From positions 17,664 to 81,663 of IMG/VR virus record IMGVR_UViG_3300027782_000065: a DNA stretch of 64,000 bases, one strand, 5' to 3'. The notes beneath the pieces were generated by a model that did not search any database, was not told the origin of the DNA, and was given only the letters and a program-made list of their open reading frames with translations. Positions 27,232-34,945 of this stretch are shown here, one piece after another. Origin of the DNA: a virus. Its lineage: Duplodnaviria > Caudoviricetes. Positions within the stretch are counted from its first letter, which is position 1; each line of letters begins with the position of its first letter. The translations under genes and the position numbers were made by a program.

Positions 27232-27260
27232 ATTATAACAAAAATGATCTCATTTGTCAA
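27232..27260 (-). promoter_or_regulatory. sigma70-type early promoter for gp32
   Basis: TTGACA (27260-27255), 17 nt, TATAAT (27237-27232): perfect consensus. Confidence 0.85.
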
Positions 27261-27582
27261 TAAATTGTTTGAGAGATTCAATCGTTTTAGTCATACTATT
27301 GAAAAGTAAATTCATATCTGTGTCGGGAGGAAATCCCATAATTGCCACAGATTTGCGGAGATTCTCTTTCATCTCAACCGCTTGTGGGTCATCAGAAAGA
27401 GAAAGTCTTGTGTACATAATACGTTGCTTTTCCAGCAACTGAGACAGTTTATCAATGTGTTCCAGTTTATCTTCACGGGTCATTGAACCGAATGATAAAA
27501 TACTTCCATAAATGAACTTTTGAAGATCATTAATCTCCTCAAGTTCATCCTGAATCAATTCAGAATCAAAGAATTTACTCAT
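27250..27582 (-). CDS. DUF1825-like cyanophage protein
   Basis: FFDSELIQDELEEI..LQ....LLEKQRIMYTRLSLSDDP; canonical position between gp59 and gp32. Confidence 0.75.
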   Translation of the reverse strand: MSKFFDSELIQDELEEINDLQKFIYGSILSFGSMTREDKLEHIDKLSQLLEKQRIMYTRLSLSDDPQAVEMKENLRKSVAIMGFPPDTDMNLLFNSMTKTIESLKQFIDK

Positions 27583-28165
27583 TTACAATTTCCCGCAAAA
27601 GTTTTTTGTACTGAAACTTATCAATATTTAGAAACGGTTTGTACTTCTTGATTTTTAAACTTACGGTTTCCCATACAGGGTCCATAAGTTTCTTATCAAA
27701 CACATTCCCAAACTGAAAGATTATATCATAAATTACTAGTACTTCAGGTGAAATCTTCCCACCCAGGAACTTTTTTAGAACTGGTGGATGACCTTTCGAG
27801 CAGTTGAAAGCATCTTCTAATTTTGTTTCCGAGAGTAATTCTTCCGATTGTTCTTTGAACAAGTAGGTCAAACTCTGCTGTCGTTTCATCCACTCTGTGT
27901 AAGTCCTTTCTCCAGAGTTTATGATTTCTCCAATCCATATGTTTTGTGGGTTGTCTGTGGCAACAAAGTTTGATACAAGAAAATCTACAATTTCCTTATC
28001 AGAATATTTCCTTGAAGATTTTTCAAAAAAATACTTATCCTTGCGTTTGTTAAAGGAAGTCAGAGTTGCTCTAGACTTCCCACCATATTTAAAGAAATCG
28101 TATTTTGGATTTGTAAAATGACTTTTAAGTGAAAGATAATGTTGATATGTCTCAAATGGACTCAT
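27575..28165 (-). CDS. gp59: helicase loader gp59
   Basis: YLSLKSHFT..YDFFKYGGK....F.KRKDKYFFEK. Confidence 0.9.
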   Translation of the reverse strand: MSPFETYQHYLSLKSHFTNPKYDFFKYGGKSRATLTSFNKRKDKYFFEKSSRKYSDKEIVDFLVSNFVATDNPQNIWIGEIINSGERTYTEWMKRQQSLTYLFKEQSEELLSETKLEDAFNCSKGHPPVLKKFLGGKISPEVLVIYDIIFQFGNVFDKKLMDPVWETVSLKIKKYKPFLNIDKFQYKKLLREIVNE

Positions 28166-28494
28166 AGTGGAAGTTTTGCTCTTGAAGTTTTCTTCATAAA
28201 GTTTAGATTGATGGCATCATACTTCAATCTTTCCTTAAGAGGTTTAGATACAAGTTTTGTAACAGAATCTACCTCAATACCATTAATTTCACAATAGTGA
28301 CAAATAGCGTCAATATAATTCATATTCTCCTCCACAACAATCTTCTCTATTTCAAGAGAAAACTTAGAAGGAGTTAGAAACTTATCCTCTATTGCTTGTT
28401 GTAAGGTTTCTTCATACTTCGGAGAGTATTCGTAAAAAGAGTCATTTCTTACATTAGACTTTCCATCTTTTCTTAGCGTTTTATCTGGTTCCAT
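28162..28494 (-). CDS. gp33: late transcription coactivator gp33 (likely start MEPDK at 28494)
   Basis: FLTPSKFSLEIEKIV..NYIDAICHYCEIN.IEVDSV.KL.SKPLKERLK.DA. Confidence 0.88.
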   Translation of the reverse strand: MEPDKTLRKDGKSNVRNDSFYEYSPKYEETLQQAIEDKFLTPSKFSLEIEKIVVEENMNYIDAICHYCEINGIEVDSVTKLVSKPLKERLKYDAINLNFMKKTSRAKLPL

Positions 28495-29167
28495 ACTGCT
28501 CAAGTTTATCTCCAACAAACTTTCTAATATATTGGACGAGCAATTTGAGGTATTTTGCTTTGTCGTATTCTTCATAAACTACACATTCTCCATTTTCACA
28601 AGACATGATGATAACAAATTTTTTGACTGATATTCCAGTCAGTTCATAAAACATTGCTGCATAGGCACAGCACTGGACAAAATAATGATCAATCCACGCA
28701 CGTGGTTTGGGTTTTTTGGAAGTCTTAAAGTCGATGATTGCTAGTTCGCCATTATATTCGGCAATGCAATCAACCGTTCCCGCAATACCTAATTGCTTAC
28801 TATATAGGGAACCTTCAAGAGAGTGAATATTATCAATATTCTTGAGAGTTGATTTAGCAATATTAAAAAGAAACTCTGAAATTGGTAGAATATCCGTAGG
28901 AAGATCTTGATTTTTCAGAAAATACTCAGTAAGAGTATGCATATCCGTACCACGACTTGTTGCAAGTTTTGTGATACGGTCTGCTTCCTCATCACCAACT
29001 CTCTTCCGCCACTTCACAAAAATTTCTTTATTAAAATGACTTGTAACAGAAGTAATTGAAAATAGTTTTAGAATCTCATCTTCATCAGGAACTTTATAAT
29101 ATCGAATACCATCTATAGTCTCCCGTTCAAGTTGCGGGAGAATCATATCAATATGATTAAATTTCAT
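28481..29167 (-). CDS. PD-(D/E)xK exonuclease (cyanophage exonuclease, Cas4-like fold)
   Basis: SITSV..RGTDMH..GIAGTVDCIAEYNGELAIIDFKTS..YFVQ..AY. Confidence 0.85.
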   Translation of the reverse strand: MKFNHIDMILPQLERETIDGIRYYKVPDEDEILKLFSITSVTSHFNKEIFVKWRKRVGDEEADRITKLATSRGTDMHTLTEYFLKNQDLPTDILPISEFLFNIAKSTLKNIDNIHSLEGSLYSKQLGIAGTVDCIAEYNGELAIIDFKTSKKPKPRAWIDHYFVQCCAYAAMFYELTGISVKKFVIIMSCENGECVVYEEYDKAKYLKLLVQYIRKFVGDKLEQYGTR

Positions 29168-29874
29168 TTATGTAAAAATTTAAATGGACATTTTTTTATA
29201 GGCGTTTTTGAAAATAATTTAGATTTCCAATTATCTCTACTCATATCAAGATTACGATATTCTAATATATACTCATCAATTTTTTTTTGATCTAATTCTT
29301 TTTTTAAGATAATTCCATCATCTAAGTTTGGAGGATAAAAAGATAGTCTAAAAAGAGGATCTCCTTTTTTTATTGTTATTGGTTTTGTTTCATCTATCAT
29401 GGTTACTACCAAAGCAATATTCCTTTTCCAGTTAGATAAGTTAAACCATCCAGAAACAGCAACAAAATTATTATTTAAAGATGTCATTGGATGATCATTA
29501 AATTCCATCCAAATATTCGGAATATCTGTCCAAAAAAACAATCGCGGATAACTTATTTCAAATAATGGTGAGGGACCATCCAAATTAAATGGATAAAAAT
29601 TTAGTCCAGAATCAGATTCAAAAATATCCCGCGATTGCTCATAATTTATAAAATTTTGATCACCAACACTAATTAATTTATTTTTCCTATCAATTTTAAA
29701 AGAAAGGTCAAAGGGAGATATTCCAACAAAAGTTCTATTACTTTTATGATTAAAAACTGGACAAGTTGAATATAAAGATTTGCTATCAATTAATTTTGTA
29801 TTTCTAATTAATATTTCATTCAATTCAGTTTTATTATTTTCAGAAATTATACAATTAATTTTAACATTACTCAT
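29164..29874 (-). CDS. hypothetical protein
   Basis: 236-aa ORF overlapping both neighbours; weak dUTPase-like C-terminal pattern (IKKGDPLFRL). Confidence 0.6.
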   Translation of the reverse strand: MSNVKINCIISENNKTELNEILIRNTKLIDSKSLYSTCPVFNHKSNRTFVGISPFDLSFKIDRKNKLISVGDQNFINYEQSRDIFESDSGLNFYPFNLDGPSPLFEISYPRLFFWTDIPNIWMEFNDHPMTSLNNNFVAVSGWFNLSNWKRNIALVVTMIDETKPITIKKGDPLFRLSFYPPNLDDGIILKKELDQKKIDEYILEYRNLDMSRDNWKSKLFSKTPIKKCPFKFLHK

Positions 29875-30629
29875 TAAAGACCTACTTCTAATTTTGCAAT
29901 AATATATTCTTTGACAAGTCCAGAACGGACAATATCATCAACACCAAACTCTATTATATCAATAGATGGCATTTTACGCAAGATGTTCATAAAATCAACA
30001 ATTCCATTACGCTCATTAGATTTCTGCAAATCCGACTGAGAAGCATCTCCACAAAACATAATCTTAGAGTTCTCACCAACACGAGTAATGATTGAATCCA
30101 GTTCATGTGCTGTGCAGTTTTGGAATTCATCTACAATGACGATAGAGTTATCAAGTGTGGTTCCTCTTAAGAATGAGGTGCTCCAGAATTTAATAGTCTC
30201 CTGTGACTTAAGATTACCATAGAGCATCTCAAACTCGGCATCAGAAGGCATCTGGAACATATACTTCACCATATTCTTATAAGGAATCTGGTAGATGTCT
30301 GACTTATCCTCATAGGAACCAGGAAGGAAACCAATCTCTCTGGTAGCAACTAAAGAACGAACAAGATAAATTTTCTCATAAGGAGTTCTTTCATCAAGAA
30401 CTTCACGAAGAGCATTGTAAAGAGTGATGAAAGTCTTACCCGTTCCTGCACATCCATAGGCAACAAGGTGCTTACCTTCGGCATATGCATCAAAAAGTTT
30501 TCTTTGATTGTCTGTGAGTGGGTCAATATCTAATAGATATTCACTCCCAAGTGCCTTTTTTCTTTTCATCTGACGAGTTGTAAGACCAACACCGATTGGT
30601 TGATCATTCGTTCTTTTTCTTCTTGCCAT
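29874..30629 (-). CDS. phoH: PhoH family ATPase
   Basis: GCAGTGKT Walker A; LVRSLV..REIGFLPG; SFLRGTTL; IVDEFQN; GD..QSDL; IVRS. Confidence 0.95.
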   Translation of the reverse strand: MARRKRTNDQPIGVGLTTRQMKRKKALGSEYLLDIDPLTDNQRKLFDAYAEGKHLVAYGCAGTGKTFITLYNALREVLDERTPYEKIYLVRSLVATREIGFLPGSYEDKSDIYQIPYKNMVKYMFQMPSDAEFEMLYGNLKSQETIKFWSTSFLRGTTLDNSIVIVDEFQNCTAHELDSIITRVGENSKIMFCGDASQSDLQKSNERNGIVDFMNILRKMPSIDIIEFGVDDIVRSGLVKEYIIAKLEVGL

Positions 30630-30638
30630 ATTAGTAGT

Positions 30639-30881
30639 TTAGATTTTCTTTACTATTGACCCAGGCATTTTCTGAGCACGACCCAATACATCATTCCATC
30701 CAGGATTTTTTGCGACGAGTTTATCTTTCCACTCACCGACTTCTCCCGGACTTGCGGATCCCTGCGACCAATCCCTTTTCCATTCAGGATTGTCCTGATA
30801 CCACTGTGTGATATCATGAACACTCATTTCAATCACTTTAGTCTCACCAGTTTCTTTGTTTATAATGGGATATATTGCCAT
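30639..30881 (-). CDS. conserved cyanophage hypothetical protein
   Basis: YPIINKETGE..MSV....W...NPEW..GW.DVL; usual position before phoH. Confidence 0.7.
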   Translation of the reverse strand: MAIYPIINKETGETKVIEMSVHDITQWYQDNPEWKRDWSQGSASPGEVGEWKDKLVAKNPGWNDVLGRAQKMPGSIVKKI

Positions 30882-30903
30882 TTTTTTTAATAATGTGTAT
30901 GGT

Positions 30904-30910
30904 TATTTAG
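30904..30910 (-). promoter_or_regulatory. late promoter CTAAATA
   Basis: Motif 22 nt upstream of the 30881 start. Confidence 0.55.
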
Positions 30911-30911
30911 A

Positions 30912-31664
30912 TTAAGGACTCAACCTTGCCTTATGAAGTCTCTTCTCTTCATAGTATGCCCAAACATTTGGAGTCCATTTTTGAAGTTCTGGTGCAAAAG
31001 AATCACACAATGCTTGAATCTCAAGTTGTGCGTCAAGTTTAGAACGAAGATCCATAAAGTGAAGTACAGAACGAAGATTGAATGAAACTACAAAGTTCTG
31101 GCGAATTGCTTGTGCAAGATAATCACGAATGTGCTCTTCACACATACCCTTATCATACTTTACAGCATAACGCTTACACCCCTCCAGAATCCACTGTAGT
31201 TCATCTTGCCGATCTTCTCCTGTCCACTCATACTTCTTTCCCTTACGGTTGGTATAGAACCCCACAGGGCGCACATAGAAGACTTCTTCAACATCTAGTT
31301 CCCCACTGGCAACTTTAACTACACGCTTACCAGTATAACGCTGAGATTGAACATCCCAGGTAGTTCCGATACGATGAGTTCTTGCCTGAACCATTACATT
31401 ATGAACAAATCCAGCACAAGAAAATGTAATTTGTGGATGCTCTAAAGGTCCCCAATGTCCCCTTTCATTTGCCAGAAGTTGTTCTACAACCCACTCACCA
31501 CATTTTTGATTGCTAGGAACTTCCACTTGATGAATAGGAACTTCAGAATAATCACCCTTACCTGCTTGCCAAATTACTTGCTCTGGAATTGGGTAGCATT
31601 GAAGTTTTACTACCTCAAGATTCTTATCAAGTTCAAGTAGATCTTTTGATTTAATAGGTCTCAT
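30912..31664 (-). CDS. thyX: flavin-dependent thymidylate synthase
   Basis: GHWGPLEH..VQARTHR..WDVQSQRY (ThyX motif variant)..NLRSVLHFMDLR..AQLEI. Confidence 0.92.
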   Translation of the reverse strand: MRPIKSKDLLELDKNLEVVKLQCYPIPEQVIWQAGKGDYSEVPIHQVEVPSNQKCGEWVVEQLLANERGHWGPLEHPQITFSCAGFVHNVMVQARTHRIGTTWDVQSQRYTGKRVVKVASGELDVEEVFYVRPVGFYTNRKGKKYEWTGEDRQDELQWILEGCKRYAVKYDKGMCEEHIRDYLAQAIRQNFVVSFNLRSVLHFMDLRSKLDAQLEIQALCDSFAPELQKWTPNVWAYYEEKRLHKARLSP

Positions 31665-31816
31665 TTCTTTCCAAATCCTTTATATTCTTTTGATTTTTGC
31701 TTTTCTAATTCTAGCACAGAAAGTTGTGTCTTCATAAATTGAAGTTCTTCACCAGAATACAAATGGTCTTGTTTCAGTGCTTGCTTAATTAATTGAATTG
31801 CCTTTTTAGTTCTCAT
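31661..31816 (-). CDS. small hypothetical protein, 51 aa (not in ORF track)
   Basis: MRTKKAIQLIKQALKQDHLYSGEELQFMKTQL...KGFGKK; ATGA overlaps at both ends. Confidence 0.75.
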   Translation of the reverse strand: MRTKKAIQLIKQALKQDHLYSGEELQFMKTQLSVLELEKQKSKEYKGFGKK

Positions 31817-31968
31817 TCAAAATCCTCAAAAATTTCGTCGTAATCTAACTCTTTTGGTGTAATATCATCAAACTTATATTCCGGAATATCAGAATATAAT
31901 TCTGTTTTTAAGGAATCGACAAGAAGTTCCATATTACGAACAATAAGTTTTACTTTTTCCTTATCCAT
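31813..31968 (-). CDS. small hypothetical protein, 51 aa (not in ORF track)
   Basis: MDKEKVKLIVRNMELLVDSLKTELYSD...DYDEIFEDFE; stop overlaps next ATG. Confidence 0.75.
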   Translation of the reverse strand: MDKEKVKLIVRNMELLVDSLKTELYSDIPEYKFDDITPKELDYDEIFEDFE

Positions 31969-31989
31969 AAGTTAAAATTGTTTCAATTC

Positions 31990-32018
31990 ATTTTAGCATA
32001 AAAAAAGGAGGGAATCAA
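31990..32018 (-). promoter_or_regulatory. sigma70-type promoter overlapping a terminator hairpin
   Basis: TTGATT, 17 nt, TG-c-TAAAAT (extended -10). Confidence 0.55.
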
Positions 32019-32025
32019 TCCCTCC
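32000..32025 (-). terminator. intrinsic terminator of the riboswitch-peptide unit
   Basis: GGAGGGA-TTGAT-TCCCTCC followed by U7. Confidence 0.85.
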
Positions 32026-32031
32026 AGATAA

Positions 32032-32124
32032 TCAGCGCATTGCCATTGCAAGTTTTGCTTGGTGTTTGCGTTGTTCCTTTTCCTTTTGTTGTTTAATTAA
32101 AATAAGTTGCCAATTGTTTTTCAT
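32032..32124 (-). CDS. 30-aa basic, Gln-rich peptide downstream of a glutamine riboswitch
   Basis: MKNNWQLILIKQQKEKEQRKHQAKLAMAMR; AAGGAG SD 9 nt upstream; terminator right after the stop. Confidence 0.75.
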   Translation of the reverse strand: MKNNWQLILIKQQKEKEQRKHQAKLAMAMR

Positions 32125-32155
32125 AAGAGGTGCTCCTTTACTTTGTGGGTATTGG

Positions 32156-32201
32156 TGCGTTGCTTCCCTTATTGGTACTTCCACTGGTTTCCCAGTCAAC
32201 G
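32156..32201 (-). ncRNA. glutamine-I (glnA motif) riboswitch aptamer
   Basis: CGUUGA-CUGG-GAAA-CCAG-UGGAAGUA-CC-AAUAA-GG-GAAG-CAACGCA: P1 CGUUG/CAACG, P2 with GAAA tetraloop, E-loop strands GGAAGUA/GAAG, minimal P3. Confidence 0.85.
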
Positions 32202-32207
32202 TTTGGA

Positions 32208-32215
32208 TATTTATA
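32208..32215 (-). promoter_or_regulatory. late promoter TATAAATA (also a -10-like box) directly upstream of the aptamer
   Basis: Exact T4 late consensus ending 6 nt before the aptamer. Confidence 0.7.
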
Positions 32216-32225
32216 TAATTAATTT

Positions 32226-32241
32226 TGTAACATTTGATACA
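32226..32241. promoter_or_regulatory. NtcA binding site
   Basis: TGTA-ACATTTGA-TACA matches TGTA-N8-TACA exactly. Confidence 0.75.
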
Positions 32242-32301
32242 ATTTTAAAAACCTTCGCGTGAGAAAATTTTTGGAGGAATTTTTTCCGACTATTTTGAAA
32301 A

Positions 32302-32700
32302 TCACTTTCGCTTTTTCCTTTCGGGTGCCTTGTATCCCCAGACTTTTGGACTAACTCTTCCATCTGCCCATCTAAATTCCTTTAGATCTTCACGAAATTT
32401 ATCCCAATACATATCAAACAAACTAGTTCTTTTTGAACATCTTGTAATATCATAACAAAGTTTTCCATCAAGAACATAAGAAACTAAGTATGCATCAAGA
32501 GGTAACTGTGGATTTTTAGAATCTTTTACATTACAATTTTCGTGCAGTATTTCACAACCATAACGTGATTTGGAAATTTCTCTTTCTTGCAATGTCCAAA
32601 CTTCCAATTTTTCTTTCTTAGATACCTCTTCATTTTGTATTGACATCTTTTTTCTTGGTGCAGTATTATTTTCCATTATATCAATTTCAATGTTTTTCAA
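32302..32700 (-). CDS. conserved cyanophage hypothetical protein (likely start 32676)
   Basis: CEILHE....LP.DAYLV.Y.......YD......LFDMYWDKF......G..SPK.WG. Confidence 0.7.
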   Translation of the reverse strand: MKNIEIDIMENNTAPRKKMSIQNEEVSKKEKLEVWTLQEREISKSRYGCEILHENCNVKDSKNPQLPLDAYLVSYVLDGKLCYDITRCSKRTSLFDMYWDKFREDLKEFRWADGRVSPKVWGYKAPERKKRK

Positions 32701-33294
32701 TCAGGTCCTATTACCCCATTTAATGTCTGGATAAGCATCCGAAACAATTTGCTTGGTAATCTTATATTTTGTTTCTAGTTTTTTATCTTTAACCAGAATA
32801 AGAATCTCTGCCTCAAGTGGATGCAGTCCCTCAAGAACATTAATGAACATTGTTTCTCTACGAAGAGAACTTAGTCCATCATTACCTCCACGAATAAAAT
32901 TATAAAACCGTGTATATTCTTTGCGAATTGTAGATCTACCTTGATCATTCATACCAAGTGAATTAGATCCCATTTCAGACATTTTACTGACTGCATCATT
33001 AATTTTACCACTAACAGTCCCACCAAAAGAATTTTGCTCCCCAACACTTGCATAAGGAACATCCCCTTCAGGAAGCATAGAGATTAAACTTTCATCAAAA
33101 TTCCAAATAAACAGAGCCTTCAGAGAAGGATCTCCATATTTTTTAAGAACTTCAACTTTTTTTGCATTTGTACGCTGTTTTGATGCAAGATTCAAAACTT
33201 CATATGCAAATGGATTTTGTGGAAGTTCTATGATTGCTGTAGGTTCTTTTACAACAATTTCTTTAGTCTTCGTCTTCGGCGTCGTCGTAGTCAT
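32701..33294 (-). CDS. conserved T4-like cyanophage hypothetical protein
   Basis: EVL..ASKQR..AKKVEVL....LKA.FIWNFD....LPEG.VPY..LRRETMFI..LEGLHP.EAE. Confidence 0.75.
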   Translation of the reverse strand: MTTTTPKTKTKEIVVKEPTAIIELPQNPFAYEVLNLASKQRTNAKKVEVLKKYGDPSLKALFIWNFDESLISMLPEGDVPYASVGEQNSFGGTVSGKINDAVSKMSEMGSNSLGMNDQGRSTIRKEYTRFYNFIRGGNDGLSSLRRETMFINVLEGLHPLEAEILILVKDKKLETKYKITKQIVSDAYPDIKWGNRT

Positions 33295-33490
33295 AATTTT
33301 CGTTTTCAAATCTAAAAGCAATTACTTCGTCAGGAATAATATTCCCATTGTTATCAAAAAATTCAGGATGCACTTTTGGTCCTTCCTGATAGTTCATCAT
33401 ATATTCTCTAGCGACCCAACCCGCGAGCAGTCCAACAATAAGAAACAGAGTGGTTATTAAACAACCGATTACTAAACTTGTTGCTAACAT
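33263..33490 (-). CDS. small membrane protein (DUF2973-like cyanophage protein)
   Basis: N-terminal hydrophobic helix, then HPEFFD.NG. Confidence 0.6.
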   Translation of the reverse strand: MLATSLVIGCLITTLFLIVGLLAGWVAREYMMNYQEGPKVHPEFFDNNGNIIPDEVIAFRFENENYDYDDAEDED

Positions 33491-33507
33491 TTTTTTTCTC
33501 CTGGGAA

Positions 33508-33693
33508 CTACTTAGTTTTCTTTATCGATAAAGAAAATTCAAAATAGATGGTCACCTCCCTTTTTAGAAAGCAAACCAACTTTTCAAAAATAATATGGAA
33601 ATTCTTGGGTTGCCTTCTCTTACCTCCAGTTAAGATAAGTTCTAAACCACGATTAATGTGATTGTCTAAGTTATTTATGTTTGAATCAGACAA
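33508..33693 (-). CDS. hypothetical protein
   Basis: 61-aa ORF in operon, overlapping the glutaredoxin stop. Confidence 0.6.
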   Translation of the reverse strand: MSDSNINNLDNHINRGLELILTGGKRRQPKNFHIIFEKLVCFLKREVTIYFEFSLSIKKTK

Positions 33694-33922
33694 CTTGCAT
33701 CTCTTTCAAAAATTTAACGGTATCAGTACATCCACCAAGTTTTTTTTCATCACAAAGAACCTGGGGAAAGGTAGATCCTTCTCCAAATTCAGCATAAAAC
33801 TCCTCTTTCGTAAAGTCTTCATTCAGATTATACACTACAAAGTTATTCCCCGTCAACTCAAGAACTTTTTTAACTTTGTAGCAATATGGGCATTCTGGTT
33901 TTGAATAAACTGTAAAATTCAT
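33686..33922 (-). CDS. nrdC: glutaredoxin
   Basis: CPYC active site; TFPQV; LGGCTD. Confidence 0.93.
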   Translation of the reverse strand: MNFTVYSKPECPYCYKVKKVLELTGNNFVVYNLNEDFTKEEFYAEFGEGSTFPQVLCDEKKLGGCTDTVKFLKEMQVV

Positions 33923-33954
33923 AGTTTGTTTAATTCTATTATAATTTATATAAG

Positions 33955-33980
33955 AAAAAAGAGGAGATTTCTCTCCTCTT
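33955..33980 (-). terminator. intrinsic terminator
   Basis: AAGAGGAGA-GAAA-TCTCCTCTT followed by further U residues. Confidence 0.85.
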
Positions 33981-34055
33981 ATTATACCACCAACTCACTT
34001 CTTCCCACCACAGAAGAAGGTCTTGGTCCCGAAGTCACAGGGAATCATCAAGACT
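33955..34055 (-). ncRNA. candidate ~100-nt small RNA or micro-ORF transcript (17-aa ORF MIPCDFGTKTFFCGGKK at 34048..33995)
   Basis: Bounded by a perfect sigma70 promoter and a terminator; stems GUCUUG/CAAGAC with inner UCCC/GGGA, and CUUCUUC/GAAGAAG. Confidence 0.55.
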
Positions 34056-34060
34056 CCTAT

Positions 34061-34089
34061 ATTATAAAGGATTTAGTTTCAAATGTCAA
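34061..34089 (-). promoter_or_regulatory. sigma70-type early promoter
   Basis: TTGACA (34089-34084), 17 nt, TATAAT (34066-34061): perfect consensus. Confidence 0.85.
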
Positions 34090-34930
34090 TCCCCATATTT
34101 CTAAAAATATCCAATACTTCATCATAAAAACATGAATGACCTTTATATTCATCAATACTAAAGTGCTTGCTCGGCCATTCAAAATCTATGACATCTTTTG
34201 GAAAAGATAAAAATGCTTTGGTAATTGTTTGAATGGATACATCTTGAGAATGATACCAATAGATGGCACCATCATACAAAGACTTATCAGGTGTTAAAAT
34301 CAAATTATTAATCTCATCATTAAATTTAGCACAGTAGTGAGCACCAATATAAGTTTCTGTTCTTATAAAATGATTATAATATTTGTGCAGATGTTGTTTA
34401 GTAACTTTGATTTGATCTATCAATCCATATTTTTCTAAGGGAATATCAAAAAGGTCAATTAGGTCTTCAGTATAACCCCAGAAAATATGGTCCCTAGGGG
34501 AAAAAAGCAAATTGAGAAAAATACCGGCAACGAATATTCTACCTTTGGGTTTATTCTGATCATATTGATATGAAGAAACTTTATCCTTATTCATCATAAA
34601 AAAATCAAACATTTTCATCATACTATCGTATGTGTATTTTTGATCAGATCTCATCTTCACAGAATACATTGTATTTGATTTTTTTAATCCTTGAAGTGAT
34701 GAATAAATTTGAAGATTTCTATTATCAGTTCCTGGAGATTCTGGGTACTCATTTATTACAAATTGGACTCTATCGGAAAAATATTTTGGATAGACTGGAC
34801 CTTTATTATCTTCCCAACAGGAAACAATAATATCATTTACACAAGGTATATTCAGATAAGACTCAATAATCTGATCCGAATACTCATCATATTTTCCTTG
34901 AAGGATTATATTTACTTTATCTTCAATCAT
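34079..34930 (-). CDS. WavE-like lipopolysaccharide/glycan synthesis protein
   Basis: IILQG..IIVSCW..NRNLQIYSSLQGL....VKMRSDQ..F.PRDHIFWG..E.YIG. Confidence 0.7.
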   Translation of the reverse strand: MIEDKVNIILQGKYDEYSDQIIESYLNIPCVNDIIVSCWEDNKGPVYPKYFSDRVQFVINEYPESPGTDNRNLQIYSSLQGLKKSNTMYSVKMRSDQKYTYDSMMKMFDFFMMNKDKVSSYQYDQNKPKGRIFVAGIFLNLLFSPRDHIFWGYTEDLIDLFDIPLEKYGLIDQIKVTKQHLHKYYNHFIRTETYIGAHYCAKFNDEINNLILTPDKSLYDGAIYWYHSQDVSIQTITKAFLSFPKDVIDFEWPSKHFSIDEYKGHSCFYDEVLDIFRNMGIDI

Positions 34931-34945
34931 GGTTAGAAATATAAA

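Noticed and set aside
28481-29167. Cas4-like nuclease as a CRISPR component
   Set aside because: It is the standard T4-like cyanophage exonuclease between phoH and gp33; there are no cas genes or array in the window
32243-32301. Clustered A/T tracts upstream of the NtcA box (possible bent DNA or origin)
   Set aside because: Spacing is irregular and such tracts are expected in an AT-rich genome
33926-34135. 69-aa plus-strand ORF across the small transcription unit
   Set aside because: It runs through a minus-strand promoter and terminator, has no SD and has no recognisable features
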